Shown here piece after piece: positions 48,837 to 58,206 of a DNA stretch of 64,000 bases. The stretch comes from Candidatus Omnitrophota bacterium (GTDB lineage Bacteria; Omnitrophota; Gorgyraeia; Zapsychrales; Fredricksoniimonadaceae). The translations under genes were made by a program, and so were the position numbers. The number at the start of each line of letters is the position of its first letter. The stretch's first letter is position 1. A model generated the notes under the pieces. That model was given only the letters and a program-made list of their open reading frames with translations. It did not search any database and was not told where the DNA came from. Where the stretch lies: assembly GCA_015233335.1 (NCBI GenBank), contig JADFXX010000005.1:65550-129549 (forward strand). Direction: 5' to 3'.

Positions 48837-49869
48837 CCGCACGCGTACAGGTGTCGATTCGTTTCGCAGCAATCGCTTGGCCATGCTCTGTCTGTGGGGG
48901 CTGGTGATCTTTTACGGGCTGGCTATTTGCGCTGATTTTATAAGCCCTTATTCCTATAAAGATGAGGACCGCAACTTTTCTTATTGTCCTCCGACAACCA
49001 TTGAGTTTGGGGATCATGGGAAACCCGTTTATCCTTTTGTGTATGGCCGAACATTGACATTCGATACCATGCACCGCAGAGTGTATGTCATTGATAAGAC
49101 CAAAAAATATCTGCTGCGGTTTTTAAAAAATGGGCGTTTATTTGGTGTAGATGTGCCGGGCCGCCTTTATTTATGGGGGGCGGATGCACGCGGGCGTGAC
49201 CTGTTTTCCCGTATTTGGTATGGGGCGAGGATATCATTGTCCATTGGTCTATTGGGCGTTGCAATTTCTTTTATGCTGGGGCTTTTGATAGGGGGGATCT
49301 CGGGCTATTTTGGCGGCTGGGTGGACGGCGTTTTGATGCGTATTTGCGAAATGTTCATGATGATTCCGGGTTTTTATCTGATGCTGGCCCTAAGAGCTGC
49401 GGTGCCGGAGAACTTTAATTCCGTGCAGGTTTATTTAAGTGTTGTGGTCATTTTAGCGTTCATCGGCTGGGCATCCCTGGCGCGGATTATTCGCGGCATG
49501 ACCCTTTCTTTGCGTGAGCGGGATTTTGTGTTGGCCGCTAAAACCATGGGTGTGCCGGATATTGTCATTATTTTTAAACATATTCTGCCGCAGACGATCT
49601 CCTATTCGATGGCTACACTGATGTTAACGGTCTCATCATATATTTTAGCGGAAGCGGGATTAAGTGTGGTGGGTTTAGGCATCCAGGACCCGGTTCCCAG
49701 CTGGGGGAATTTGCTTTCGGAGGCCATGGAGATCGTGCCGGTTATTTTTGCTCCCTGGATATTGCTACCGGGCCTTTTTATTTTTATTGCGGTCATGTGT
49801 TTTAATGTTGTCGGGGATGCTTTGCGGGATGCTTTTGATCCTATGTTTCGCAATGATGCTGCGGGATAA
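48811..49869 (+). CDS. ABC transporter permease (DppC/OppC-like)
   Basis: GADARGRDLFSRIWYGARISL and FVLAAKTMGV blocks; ATG at 48811 preferred over TTG at 48793. Confidence 0.85.
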   Translation: MKKRTYPNSRTRTGVDSFRSNRLAMLCLWGLVIFYGLAICADFISPYSYKDEDRNFSYCPPTTIEFGDHGKPVYPFVYGRTLTFDTMHRRVYVIDKTKKYLLRFLKNGRLFGVDVPGRLYLWGADARGRDLFSRIWYGARISLSIGLLGVAISFMLGLLIGGISGYFGGWVDGVLMRICEMFMMIPGFYLMLALRAAVPENFNSVQVYLSVVVILAFIGWASLARIIRGMTLSLRERDFVLAAKTMGVPDIVIIFKHILPQTISYSMATLMLTVSSYILAEAGLSVVGLGIQDPVPSWGNLLSEAMEIVPVIFAPWILLPGLFIFIAVMCFNVVGDALRDAFDPMFRNDAAG

Positions 49870-49883
49870 CACGGGAAGATGAA

Positions 49884-50651
49884 ATGGATTCATTATTGTC
49901 AGTTAAGAACTTAACCGTTGCGGTCGGCCTCAAGGCAGTGGTCAATGACGTGTCTTTCGATGTGTTTGGTGCTCAGATCATGGCTGTTGCGGGCGGCTCA
50001 GGCAGCGGAAAAACAACCATTGGTTTATCAATTTTACGATTGCTGCCGCCGGCCTTGAGGATCGGGCAGGGCAGTATTATTTTTGAAGGAAAGAATTTAT
50101 TGGACCTTTCTGCTGAAGACATGCGCCTATGCCGGGGTGCACGGATAGGCATGGTTTTTCAAGAACCTTTGAGCGCGTTTGATCCTTTATTTACTATTGG
50201 GCAGCAATTAGAGGAGGTTTTAGCGGCACACACGCAATTAACCAAACAGGACAGGCAAAGGAAAGTTTTGGAAATACTATCCGATGTAGAACTGCCGGAT
50301 CCTCTGCGTGCTTACGCCAGCTATCCGCATCAATTAAGCGGCGGCATGCGCCAGCGTGCCATGATGGCGCAGGCCATGGTCTGTGATCCTTCTTTGATTA
50401 TCGCCGACGAACCCACCAGCAGTCTGGATGTCACCTTGCAAGTCAAAATGATGGAATTATTTGTACACTTGAAAAAAAAGAAGAACATATCTTTTGTATT
50501 GATCGCCCATGATCTGGGAATGATTTCCCAGGTCGCCGATGAGATCATTATCTTGCGTGAGGGGAAGATGGTGGAAGGCGGCAAAGTTGATCAAGTGATG
50601 GGCTGCCCCCAAAATGAATACACTAAGCAATTGATCGAGGCTTTTCAATGA
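49884..50651 (+). CDS. ABC transporter ATP-binding protein (DppD/OppD-like)
   Basis: 255 aa; Walker A GGSGSGKTT, signature LSGGMRQR, Walker B LIIADEPTS. Confidence 0.9.
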   Translation: MDSLLSVKNLTVAVGLKAVVNDVSFDVFGAQIMAVAGGSGSGKTTIGLSILRLLPPALRIGQGSIIFEGKNLLDLSAEDMRLCRGARIGMVFQEPLSAFDPLFTIGQQLEEVLAAHTQLTKQDRQRKVLEILSDVELPDPLRAYASYPHQLSGGMRQRAMMAQAMVCDPSLIIADEPTSSLDVTLQVKMMELFVHLKKKKNISFVLIAHDLGMISQVADEIIILREGKMVEGGKVDQVMGCPQNEYTKQLIEAFQ

Positions 50652-51361
50652 GCGTCTTACAAGTGCATAACGCGGTTAAAAATTTTGGATCCCTGCGGGC
50701 TGTTGATCATGTCAGCTTCTCACTTGATCAGGGGGATAATCTGGCTATTATCGGCGAATCCGGCTGCGGGAAAACAACGCTCGCTAAAATGATGATGGGG
50801 TTGGTCAAGATCGACAAGGGGCTCATTAAGGCAGAATCGTTTAGCGTACAGATGGTTTTTCAGGATCCATACAGTTCATTGGATCCCTTATGGAATGTTC
50901 GGGAAATTTTAAAAGAAGCTTTATGGCGCAACCGGTCTCTTTCAGCCGGGCAAGCACAGGAGAAAATGGAACAAATGCTATCGGCTGTCGGACTATCAAT
51001 GGGGGTATTGCAGCGCTTCCCTCATGAATTCAGCGGAGGAGAACGCCAGCGGATCGCCATTGCCCGCGCACTTTTGTGTTCTCCTAAAATACTGATCCTA
51101 GATGAGGCCACATCCGCGCTGGATACCCTTGTGCAAAAACAGATCATGGACCTTTTAAAAAAATTAAAACAGGAGTTCAATCTTACATATATATTTATTT
51201 CTCATAATTTGCGTTTGGTGCGTAATTTTAGTGATAAAATAGCTGTCATGTATCAGGGAAAAATTGTTGAGGAGGGGCAGGCCAAAAAAGTCCTGCAATC
51301 TCCATCTCATCCCTATACGCGGCAATTGTTACAAGCGTCATTTTATATAAATTTTAAATAG
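50648..51361 (+). CDS. ABC transporter ATP-binding protein (DppF/OppF-like)
   Basis: 237 aa; Walker A GESGCGKTT, signature FSGGERQR, Walker B ILILDEATS; ATGA overlap with the upstream ATPase gene. Confidence 0.9.
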   Translation: MSVLQVHNAVKNFGSLRAVDHVSFSLDQGDNLAIIGESGCGKTTLAKMMMGLVKIDKGLIKAESFSVQMVFQDPYSSLDPLWNVREILKEALWRNRSLSAGQAQEKMEQMLSAVGLSMGVLQRFPHEFSGGERQRIAIARALLCSPKILILDEATSALDTLVQKQIMDLLKKLKQEFNLTYIFISHNLRLVRNFSDKIAVMYQGKIVEEGQAKKVLQSPSHPYTRQLLQASFYINFK

Positions 51362-51446
51362 AGCATGCTTTTTTCACACTAGCAGGGATGAATAGGTGTT
51401 ATGTATTCGGCACAATCTGGAATTTTCTTGTAAAAAGTCTGCGAGG

Positions 51447-51487
51447 TTTCACGGGAAAAGTAGTATCTGTCCCTACTTTTCGTGAAA
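51447..51487 (+). other. Long intergenic hairpin (15 bp with a 2-nt bulge)
   Basis: TTTCAC-GG-GAAAAGTAG (51447-51463) pairs with CTACTTTTC-GTGAAA (51473-51487) around a 9-nt loop TATCTGTCC; no adjacent U-tract. Confidence 0.45.
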
Positions 51488-51507
51488 TAGAAAATTGCGG
51501 CGGGTGG

Positions 51508-51628
51508 CTCGGAATTGATGTTACGGGGCGGACGGTGACTGCCCCAAAGTCCGATTAAGGTAAATCCCTGTTCTTTGCTGCTTTAACGTCCGCGTTTCAA
51601 TTAGGAGCACCGTAACATCAAGGCCGAG
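51508..51628 (+). repeat. Imperfect-palindrome structured intergenic element, copy A
   Basis: 12-bp stem TTGATGTTACGG (51515-51526) / CCGTAACATCAA (51610-51621), extended by CTCGG (51508-12) / CCGAG (51624-28), encloses an 83-nt interior. It shares the AGGAGCACC 9-mer and a GCGNACGG..CTGC block with the reverse complement of the element at 59423-59547. Confidence 0.6.
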
Positions 51629-51663
51629 ACAGGCCCCGCGGGCAGATTATTTACGGATTAGAT

Positions 51664-53832
51664 ATGAGCGAACGGTTTTGGCAAAGATTGAGTTTGACCT
51701 TAGGCTGGCTGTCGATCGGCGTCCTTTTTTCCTTGATCACTTTTTCCTCCAGCATTGAGATCAAGGACTTGGATCTTTGGCTGCATTTGAGAATGGGCGA
51801 ATGGATCAGCCGGCACGGCTTCGTCCCCAGTTACGATGTGCTCTCCTGCACTATTGCCGGCAAACCATGGGTCAATCACGAATGGCTATTTCAGGTTTTA
51901 GTTTTTAAGGTCTACAAGGCCTTTGGTTTTGACGGTTTGATCTCCATGCAGTCAGCAGTCGTGGCCGTGACGTTTTTGGTGCTGCTTTTTTTAGGCTATA
52001 ATCGCAACCGGCAATGGCTTGTGGTGTTTGCACTGCTGATGGTGCTGATCGTTTATCAATCCCGTTTTACCATCCGTCCGGATATTTTTAGTCTCCTGTA
52101 TTTCGTTCTTGATATCTATATTCTCGCCTTGCATATTAACAAACGCTGGGCCGTTTATGCACTTTTTATATTGCAAATATTGTGGACCAATATGCACGGC
52201 TACTTCTTTTTTGGCCCCTTATTGATCGGATTGGGAGTTCTCTCCGAGTTTATCAAGCGCCGCCTGCCCCTTCCCTATGAATGGAATACAGTGGGCCGTC
52301 TGACCGATGACGAATACAAGAGTCTTCAGAAGATATTTCCGATCTTGATATTGGCTTGCTGCATCAATCCCCTGACTTTCAAGGGGGCATGGTATCCCGT
52401 AGGTGTTTTCTTTCATTTAGCGGGAGAGAATAAAATATTTTTTGAACATATTCTTGAATTGCAAAGACCCATCACGGCCGTCAATATTTGGACGGACCGG
52501 TACATGCATTATAAGATACTGATCATTCTATCGACAGTGAGCTTTGTGTTCAACCGCCGCAAAATAGATATCAGCAGCTTATTGGTGTGGTTGATCTTTC
52601 TTGGGTTCTCGTTGGCAGCCGTACGCAATTTGATCTATTTCGCGACGGCCGCGTATCTGGTCCTTATGGTCAATGCCATTTCCCTATCATGGGAAGGCCT
52701 GGTGCCCTTTCGTTTTTCATCGTCTAGATTTAAATATATTACCGGGATCGCCTGTAAAGCTGCCTTGATCTGGTGGATATTCAACTTTGGCTTAGAAATG
52801 ACTTTCAACGGTTATTTTGATTTTGATACGTATAGCCGTAAAAGTGAATTTTTTGGCGTATCCAAGCGTGTTTATCCTTATAAGGCAGTGGATTTTCTTC
52901 TGCATCAAGGGATCAAAGGCAATTTTTTCAATGATTTTAATTCAGGAGCTTATTTGATCGGCAGGACTTATCCGAATATCAAAGTTTTTATTGATGGGCG
53001 AACGGAAGTTTATGGTGCGGCATTTTTTGAGACTTACCAGAAAATATGGCAGGAGGGGAATGCTAAAGTGTTTGCGCAATTTGAGCGTAAATACGATATT
53101 ACCGGGGCTTTTTTGAATGATGCACATCAGGAGATCCCGCCGGCGGTCCTTAAGATGTTCCATTCTTTTAAAAATTGGTCTATTGTCTATTTAGATGATG
53201 ATGCGGTGATTTTTTTAAAACAGACTCCGGCCAATAAGCCCTTCATTGACCGGCTTGCCGTCAATTTAAAGAAGTGGGAGCCTGCGGGCATGGACTTGTT
53301 TAAATTGGGGACCAAACGCATTGACCCGTTTCCACTGACTAGCAGGGCGCGTATTTTAGAAACGCTGGGGGCCCCGGATGCGGCTATTAAGGAATGCCGA
53401 GAAGCGCTTGCGGTGGCGCCGGATTATGCTGCTGCCTACAAGATTTTAGGAAGAATTTATCAAAGCCGTAAGGATTATCGGCATGCTTTTGAGTATTTTC
53501 GCTTGGGAGGTGTTTACGCTCCGGGTGATGTTGCCATGCGTTCCGGGTTGGCCTTGGCTTATGAGAATTTAAAGAATTATCAAGGGGCCATTGGTCAGTA
53601 CCAGAGGTGGGTGGAATCGGCTCCGAAGGATCCCCATGCCCTTTTGGGACTGGCGCGTGTTTATGCATTGGCGGGCCAAGACAGGAAAGCTTTGGACATA
53701 TTACAGCAGGCTCAAAAGCTAGCTCCTGAAGATAAGGTTGATGTTCAAAAAATTCGTGATATTATAAAGAACAAAAAAATTAAGCCAAATCCGGCCGTAG
53801 GCCAGTTTGAGCAAAAAAAGAAAGCAAATTGA
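51664..53832 (+). CDS. Polytopic membrane protein with C-terminal TPR repeats (GT-C-like candidate)
   Basis: 722 aa; ~12 hydrophobic segments in the first ~370 aa, a soluble middle domain, and C-terminal TPR-like repeats (AYKILGRIYQSRKDYRHAFEYF..., ALLGLARVYALAGQDRKALDIL). Confidence 0.6.
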   Translation: MSERFWQRLSLTLGWLSIGVLFSLITFSSSIEIKDLDLWLHLRMGEWISRHGFVPSYDVLSCTIAGKPWVNHEWLFQVLVFKVYKAFGFDGLISMQSAVVAVTFLVLLFLGYNRNRQWLVVFALLMVLIVYQSRFTIRPDIFSLLYFVLDIYILALHINKRWAVYALFILQILWTNMHGYFFFGPLLIGLGVLSEFIKRRLPLPYEWNTVGRLTDDEYKSLQKIFPILILACCINPLTFKGAWYPVGVFFHLAGENKIFFEHILELQRPITAVNIWTDRYMHYKILIILSTVSFVFNRRKIDISSLLVWLIFLGFSLAAVRNLIYFATAAYLVLMVNAISLSWEGLVPFRFSSSRFKYITGIACKAALIWWIFNFGLEMTFNGYFDFDTYSRKSEFFGVSKRVYPYKAVDFLLHQGIKGNFFNDFNSGAYLIGRTYPNIKVFIDGRTEVYGAAFFETYQKIWQEGNAKVFAQFERKYDITGAFLNDAHQEIPPAVLKMFHSFKNWSIVYLDDDAVIFLKQTPANKPFIDRLAVNLKKWEPAGMDLFKLGTKRIDPFPLTSRARILETLGAPDAAIKECREALAVAPDYAAAYKILGRIYQSRKDYRHAFEYFRLGGVYAPGDVAMRSGLALAYENLKNYQGAIGQYQRWVESAPKDPHALLGLARVYALAGQDRKALDILQQAQKLAPEDKVDVQKIRDIIKNKKIKPNPAVGQFEQKKKAN

Positions 53833-53836
53833 TCCG

Positions 53837-55039
53837 ATGCGAGATGTGTTGACTTTTATTTTAGCCGGCGGAAAAGGTGAACGCCTAGACCCCTTGACCC
53901 GTGACAGGGCCAAGCCTGCAGTGCCTTTCGGCGGGATTTACCGTATTGTTGATTTTTCGCTTTCTAATTGCGTTAATTCCGGCTTGCGCCGTATTTTTCT
54001 TTTGACTCAGTATAAGTCTTTTTCCCTGCAGAAGCATATCTTAGAAGGCTGGAACATCTATTCTAATCAATTAGGCGAATTCATTGATGTGGTACCGGCC
54101 CAACAGCGCATTTCCAGCGATTGGTACCGCGGCACCGCAGATGCTATTTACCAGAATTTGAATATTGTCGGTGATTATGATCCTAAACGGGTGCTGATTC
54201 TAGCAGGTGATCACGTTTATAAAATGGATTACCGCAAGTTGATCGAATATCACATGAGTAAGAATGCTGACATGACGGTTGCCTGCATTGCCATGCCCAA
54301 GCAGGATTCTATTCATTTTGGAGTGGTTCAGGTTGACAAGCATAATATGGTTGTCGGTTTCCAGGAAAAGCCGGAAACACCTAAGACCATCCCTGCCAAC
54401 CCTGACGAAATTTTTGGCTCTATGGGGATTTATTTATTCAATGCCGATGTGCTGAAGAAAGAATTGATCACTGATGCGGGCAAGATCGATTCCGACCATG
54501 ATTTCGGCAAGAACATCATTCCTCAGATGGTCGCCCGGAAACTTAAAGTATTCGCCTATGATTTTGCCAAGGAAAATACTTCTTCTTATTGGAGAGATAT
54601 AGGGACCCGCGATTCGTATTATCAGGCCAATATGGACCTGTGCGGGGCTAACCCTCAATTTAATTTGTATGAGAAGGCATGGCCCTTGCGGACACACCAT
54701 CATCATTACCCTCCTTTGAGAGTTTATACAACTGGGAAGACTCCGGGAACGATTGTTGACTCCTTGGTTGCCGGCGGCTGTGTTTTAGAAAGCGGCCGGA
54801 TCGAACATTCGGTTGTCTCTAATAATGTGGTTATCAAAGACGGTGTTTTGATTAAGAATTCCGTGATTATGGATGGGGTGACTGTCGGCCGCGGGACTCA
54901 GATCCAGGGGGCGATCATTGATAAGGACGTGGATATCCCCGCAGGAACTAAAATTGGTTTTAATCCGGAACTGGATCGCCAGCGTTTTGTGTTGACGACT
55001 TCCGGGATTGTCATTGTTGCCAAAAAAACATCTTTATGA
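53837..55039 (+). CDS. glgC: Glucose-1-phosphate adenylyltransferase
   Basis: ILAGGKGERLDPLTRDRAKPAVPFGG, WYRGTADAIYQN and C-terminal left-handed beta-helix-like repeats. ATG at 53837 (after the upstream stop) preferred over 53807. Confidence 0.9.
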   Translation: MRDVLTFILAGGKGERLDPLTRDRAKPAVPFGGIYRIVDFSLSNCVNSGLRRIFLLTQYKSFSLQKHILEGWNIYSNQLGEFIDVVPAQQRISSDWYRGTADAIYQNLNIVGDYDPKRVLILAGDHVYKMDYRKLIEYHMSKNADMTVACIAMPKQDSIHFGVVQVDKHNMVVGFQEKPETPKTIPANPDEIFGSMGIYLFNADVLKKELITDAGKIDSDHDFGKNIIPQMVARKLKVFAYDFAKENTSSYWRDIGTRDSYYQANMDLCGANPQFNLYEKAWPLRTHHHHYPPLRVYTTGKTPGTIVDSLVAGGCVLESGRIEHSVVSNNVVIKDGVLIKNSVIMDGVTVGRGTQIQGAIIDKDVDIPAGTKIGFNPELDRQRFVLTTSGIVIVAKKTSL

Positions 55040-55052
55040 TATTTTGTTGCGC

Positions 55053-56243
55053 ATGATTATTCAGCCAAAAATCCGAGGTTTTATCTGTATTACCGCCCAT
55101 CCGCTGGGTTGTGCTGCCCATGTGGCAGAGCAGATTCAATATTTGCAATCGCGAAGTCCTATCAGCGGCGGCCCTAAGAAAGTTTTAGTGATCGGGGCCT
55201 CAACGGGTTATGGCCTAAGCTCGCGGATTACTGCGGCTTTTTCCTGCGGGGCTGCGACTATGGGGGTATTCTTTGAAAAGCCGTCTGACGGTATCCGAAC
55301 GGCAACACCCGGTTGGTATAATTCAGCGGCCTTTGAAGCCCAGGCTAAAAAAGCGGGTCTTTATTCTCGGAGTTTCAATGGTGACGCCTTTTCTGACGGG
55401 ATGCGGCAGGATGTTTGCAAAGCGATCAAAGAGGATTGGGGACAGGCAGACTGCGTCATTTATTCACTGGCCTCTCCCAGAAGGATGGACCCTAAAACCG
55501 GTGCTATTTATAAATCGGCCATTAAGCCTAAAGGCGCTCCTTATAAAAACAAGACTATTGATTTTGAAAACGTTCAGGTCATTCCGATCCTTTTAGAACC
55601 GGCAACAGAACAAGACATCGCAGAAACTGTTAAGGTCATGGGAGGAGAAGATTGGCAGTTGTGGATCGAGGCCCTGACTGCAGAGAATTTGTTGGCACCT
55701 AAAGCCGTGACGGTGGCGTATTCTTACATCGGTCCGGATGTGACAAAACCGGTTTACCGCAACGGGACTTTGGGGGCGGCTAAAGACCATCTTGAGGCGA
55801 CAGCTCAACGGCTCGATCAATTAATGCAGAAACAGGGCGGGCGAGCCTTGGTGTCTGTTAATAAAGCCCTGGTCACCCAGAGCTCTTCGGCCATTCCTTT
55901 TATTCCCCTGTATTTTGTCATTTTGATGAAGGTCATGAAACAAAAGGGTTTAAATGAATATTGTATTCATCAAATGTATCGTCTTTTTAGCGAGCGAGTG
56001 TACAATGGGCGGCCTTTATCGCAAATTCCCGTTGACGATCGTGGGCGTATACGCATCGACGATTGGGAAATGCGCTCTGACGTCCAAGAAGAGGTCAGGC
56101 ACCTCTGGGAGCAGGTTGATAGCGGGAATCTCCCTAAGGTGGCGGACATCCAAGGGTATAACGATGATTTTTTAAGACTTTTTGGTTTTGGTTTTTCTGG
56201 GGTGGACTATAATGCTGAGGTCAACCCTGAAGTGTCTTTGTAA
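55053..56243 (+). CDS. fabV: trans-2-enoyl-CoA/ACP reductase (FabV/Ter family)
   Basis: MIIQPKIRGFICITAHPLGCAAHVAEQI N-terminus and VLVIGASTGYGLSSRI block are diagnostic of FabV/Ter. ATG at 55053 preferred over 55008. Confidence 0.85.
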   Translation: MIIQPKIRGFICITAHPLGCAAHVAEQIQYLQSRSPISGGPKKVLVIGASTGYGLSSRITAAFSCGAATMGVFFEKPSDGIRTATPGWYNSAAFEAQAKKAGLYSRSFNGDAFSDGMRQDVCKAIKEDWGQADCVIYSLASPRRMDPKTGAIYKSAIKPKGAPYKNKTIDFENVQVIPILLEPATEQDIAETVKVMGGEDWQLWIEALTAENLLAPKAVTVAYSYIGPDVTKPVYRNGTLGAAKDHLEATAQRLDQLMQKQGGRALVSVNKALVTQSSSAIPFIPLYFVILMKVMKQKGLNEYCIHQMYRLFSERVYNGRPLSQIPVDDRGRIRIDDWEMRSDVQEEVRHLWEQVDSGNLPKVADIQGYNDDFLRLFGFGFSGVDYNAEVNPEVSL

Positions 56244-56271
56244 GAATTTACAATAGTATACAGGAGGCGTA

Positions 56272-57426
56272 ATGATCGACTATTTGCTGACAGAAGAACA
56301 AATCATGATTCGTGACCTGGCTCGTCAGATTACAGATGAAAAAATTCGTCCTGTAGCGGCCGAATATGACCGTACCGAGAAATTCCCATGGGGGATTATG
56401 AAGGATATAGCCCAAGCAGATCTTTTTGGGGTCTATATTGAAGAGAAATACGGCGGGTTGGGCGGCGGTATATTGGAGTTATGCCTTGCAACAGAAGAAT
56501 TTTCCAAGGGATGCGCGGGGATTGCCATCTGTTATTCTGCATCTGCTTTGGGGACGTATCCCATCATTTTGGCCGGTAATGAGGAACAGAAGAAAAAGTA
56601 TCTTCCGTCAATCGCCAAAGGAGAGAAGCTGGCGGCCTTTGGCCTTACAGAACCTGCCGCTGGTTCAGATGCCAGCGCTCTTCAAACAACTGCAGAAAAA
56701 AAGGGGGACCATTACGTCCTTAATGGGCTTAAACATTTTATCACCAACGGAGGAGATGCGGATATCTATACGGTCATTGCGATGACTGATAAATCGAGAG
56801 GTGCTCGCGGGGCCAGTCTTTTTGTCGTTGAAAAAGGCACGCCGGGTTTCACTTTTGGTAAAAAGGAAGACAAGATGGGAATCCGCGCGTCTTCGACCTG
56901 TGAACTGGTTTTTAATAATTGCAAGATCCCTGCAGAGAATCTGTTGGGAAGAGAAGGAATGGGCTTTATTAGTGCGATGAGGACTTTTGATATGTCCCGT
57001 CCGGGGATAGGCGCCCAAGCCGTCGGTATTGCTCAGGGGGCGTTGGATGAGGCGATTAAGTTTGCCAAGCAAAGAAAGCAGTTTGATAAACCCATCTCCA
57101 GTTTTCAGGGGATCCAATGGATGCTTGCGGACATGGCGACACAGACAGAAGCAGCCCGGGCCCTGGTTTATGCATCAGCCAGAGAAGTGGGCGCCGGAGT
57201 GAAGGATGTTGGCGTGCATTCGGCCATGGCTAAAATGTATGCTTCGGATGTGGCGATGAAGGTCACTACAGATGCGGTTCAGATCTGCGGCGGTTACGGG
57301 TATATGAAAGAATATCCTGTCGAGAAATATATGCGAGATGCCAAGATTACGCAAATTTATGAAGGCACAAATCAGATCCAGCGCAATATCATCGGCATGG
57401 GATTAATCAGAGAGAGCTCTAAATGA
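56272..57426 (+). CDS. Acyl-CoA dehydrogenase (short-chain/butyryl-CoA type)
   Basis: 384 aa; FGLTEPAAGSDA, QIYEGTNQIQR and overall ACAD-like sequence. Confidence 0.9.
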   Translation: MIDYLLTEEQIMIRDLARQITDEKIRPVAAEYDRTEKFPWGIMKDIAQADLFGVYIEEKYGGLGGGILELCLATEEFSKGCAGIAICYSASALGTYPIILAGNEEQKKKYLPSIAKGEKLAAFGLTEPAAGSDASALQTTAEKKGDHYVLNGLKHFITNGGDADIYTVIAMTDKSRGARGASLFVVEKGTPGFTFGKKEDKMGIRASSTCELVFNNCKIPAENLLGREGMGFISAMRTFDMSRPGIGAQAVGIAQGALDEAIKFAKQRKQFDKPISSFQGIQWMLADMATQTEAARALVYASAREVGAGVKDVGVHSAMAKMYASDVAMKVTTDAVQICGGYGYMKEYPVEKYMRDAKITQIYEGTNQIQRNIIGMGLIRESSK

Positions 57427-58205
57427 ACATTATCATTTGCGTTAAACAAGTTCCGGATACCTCTGAAGTCAGGATTGATCCGGTCACGAACAATCTAGTT
57501 AGAGATGGAGTTAAATCCATCGTCAATCCTTTTGACATGTATGCCATCGAGGAGGGTTTGCGTCTTAAAGAAAAATTCGGCGGCAAGGTCACTGTCCTTA
57601 CGATGGGCCCCCCGCAGGCAGAGGCTGCTTTGAGAGAGGCTATTTCTCTGGGCTGTGATGAGGCTGTCTTGGTCAGCGATCGCGCTTTTGCCGGTTCAGA
57701 TACCTTGGCCACTAGTTATACTTTATCTAAAGCAATCGAGAAGATCAAAGATTACGATCTGATCATTTGCGGCAAGCAGGCTATTGACGGTGACACGGCC
57801 CAGGTGGGGCCCGGGATTGCAGCGACACTAGATATTCCTCAGATCAATTATGTACGCAAGGTCGAAGAGATCAAAGACCAAACTATAACGGCTGAACGCG
57901 TCACAGAGGAAGGTTATGAAGTCATCCAGTCAACGTTGCCCTGCCTTTTGACGGTGGTGAAGGAAATCAATAATCCTAGGCTTCCTTCTTTAAAGGGAAA
58001 GATGAAAGCCAAAAGTGCGGTTATTCAGGTTTGGAGTGCTGCGGATATCGCGGCCGCCGAAGACCGTATAGGGCTCAAGGGTTCGCCGACATGGGTGTTA
58101 AACATTTTTACACCTCCGCCCAAACCTAGGGGGAAAATATTTGAAGGCGAAGCACAAAATTCTGTTAATCAACTTGTTGAATCTTTAAAGGGGATAATTC
58201 ATTAA
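57423..58205 (+). CDS. etfB: Electron transfer flavoprotein beta subunit
   Basis: 260 aa; MNIIICVKQVPDTSEVRIDPVTNNLVRDGV, SDRAFAGSDTLATSY, CGKQAIDGDTAQVGP blocks; ATGA overlap with the ACAD gene. Confidence 0.9.
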   Translation: MNIIICVKQVPDTSEVRIDPVTNNLVRDGVKSIVNPFDMYAIEEGLRLKEKFGGKVTVLTMGPPQAEAALREAISLGCDEAVLVSDRAFAGSDTLATSYTLSKAIEKIKDYDLIICGKQAIDGDTAQVGPGIAATLDIPQINYVRKVEEIKDQTITAERVTEEGYEVIQSTLPCLLTVVKEINNPRLPSLKGKMKAKSAVIQVWSAADIAAAEDRIGLKGSPTWVLNIFTPPPKPRGKIFEGEAQNSVNQLVESLKGIIH

Positions 58206-58206
58206 T

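Noticed and set aside
51359-51378. GCATGC palindrome followed by TTTTTT right after the last ABC ATPase gene, as a rho-independent terminator
   Set aside because: The palindrome leaves no loop, so it cannot form a stable hairpin. Only the T-tract is terminator-like.
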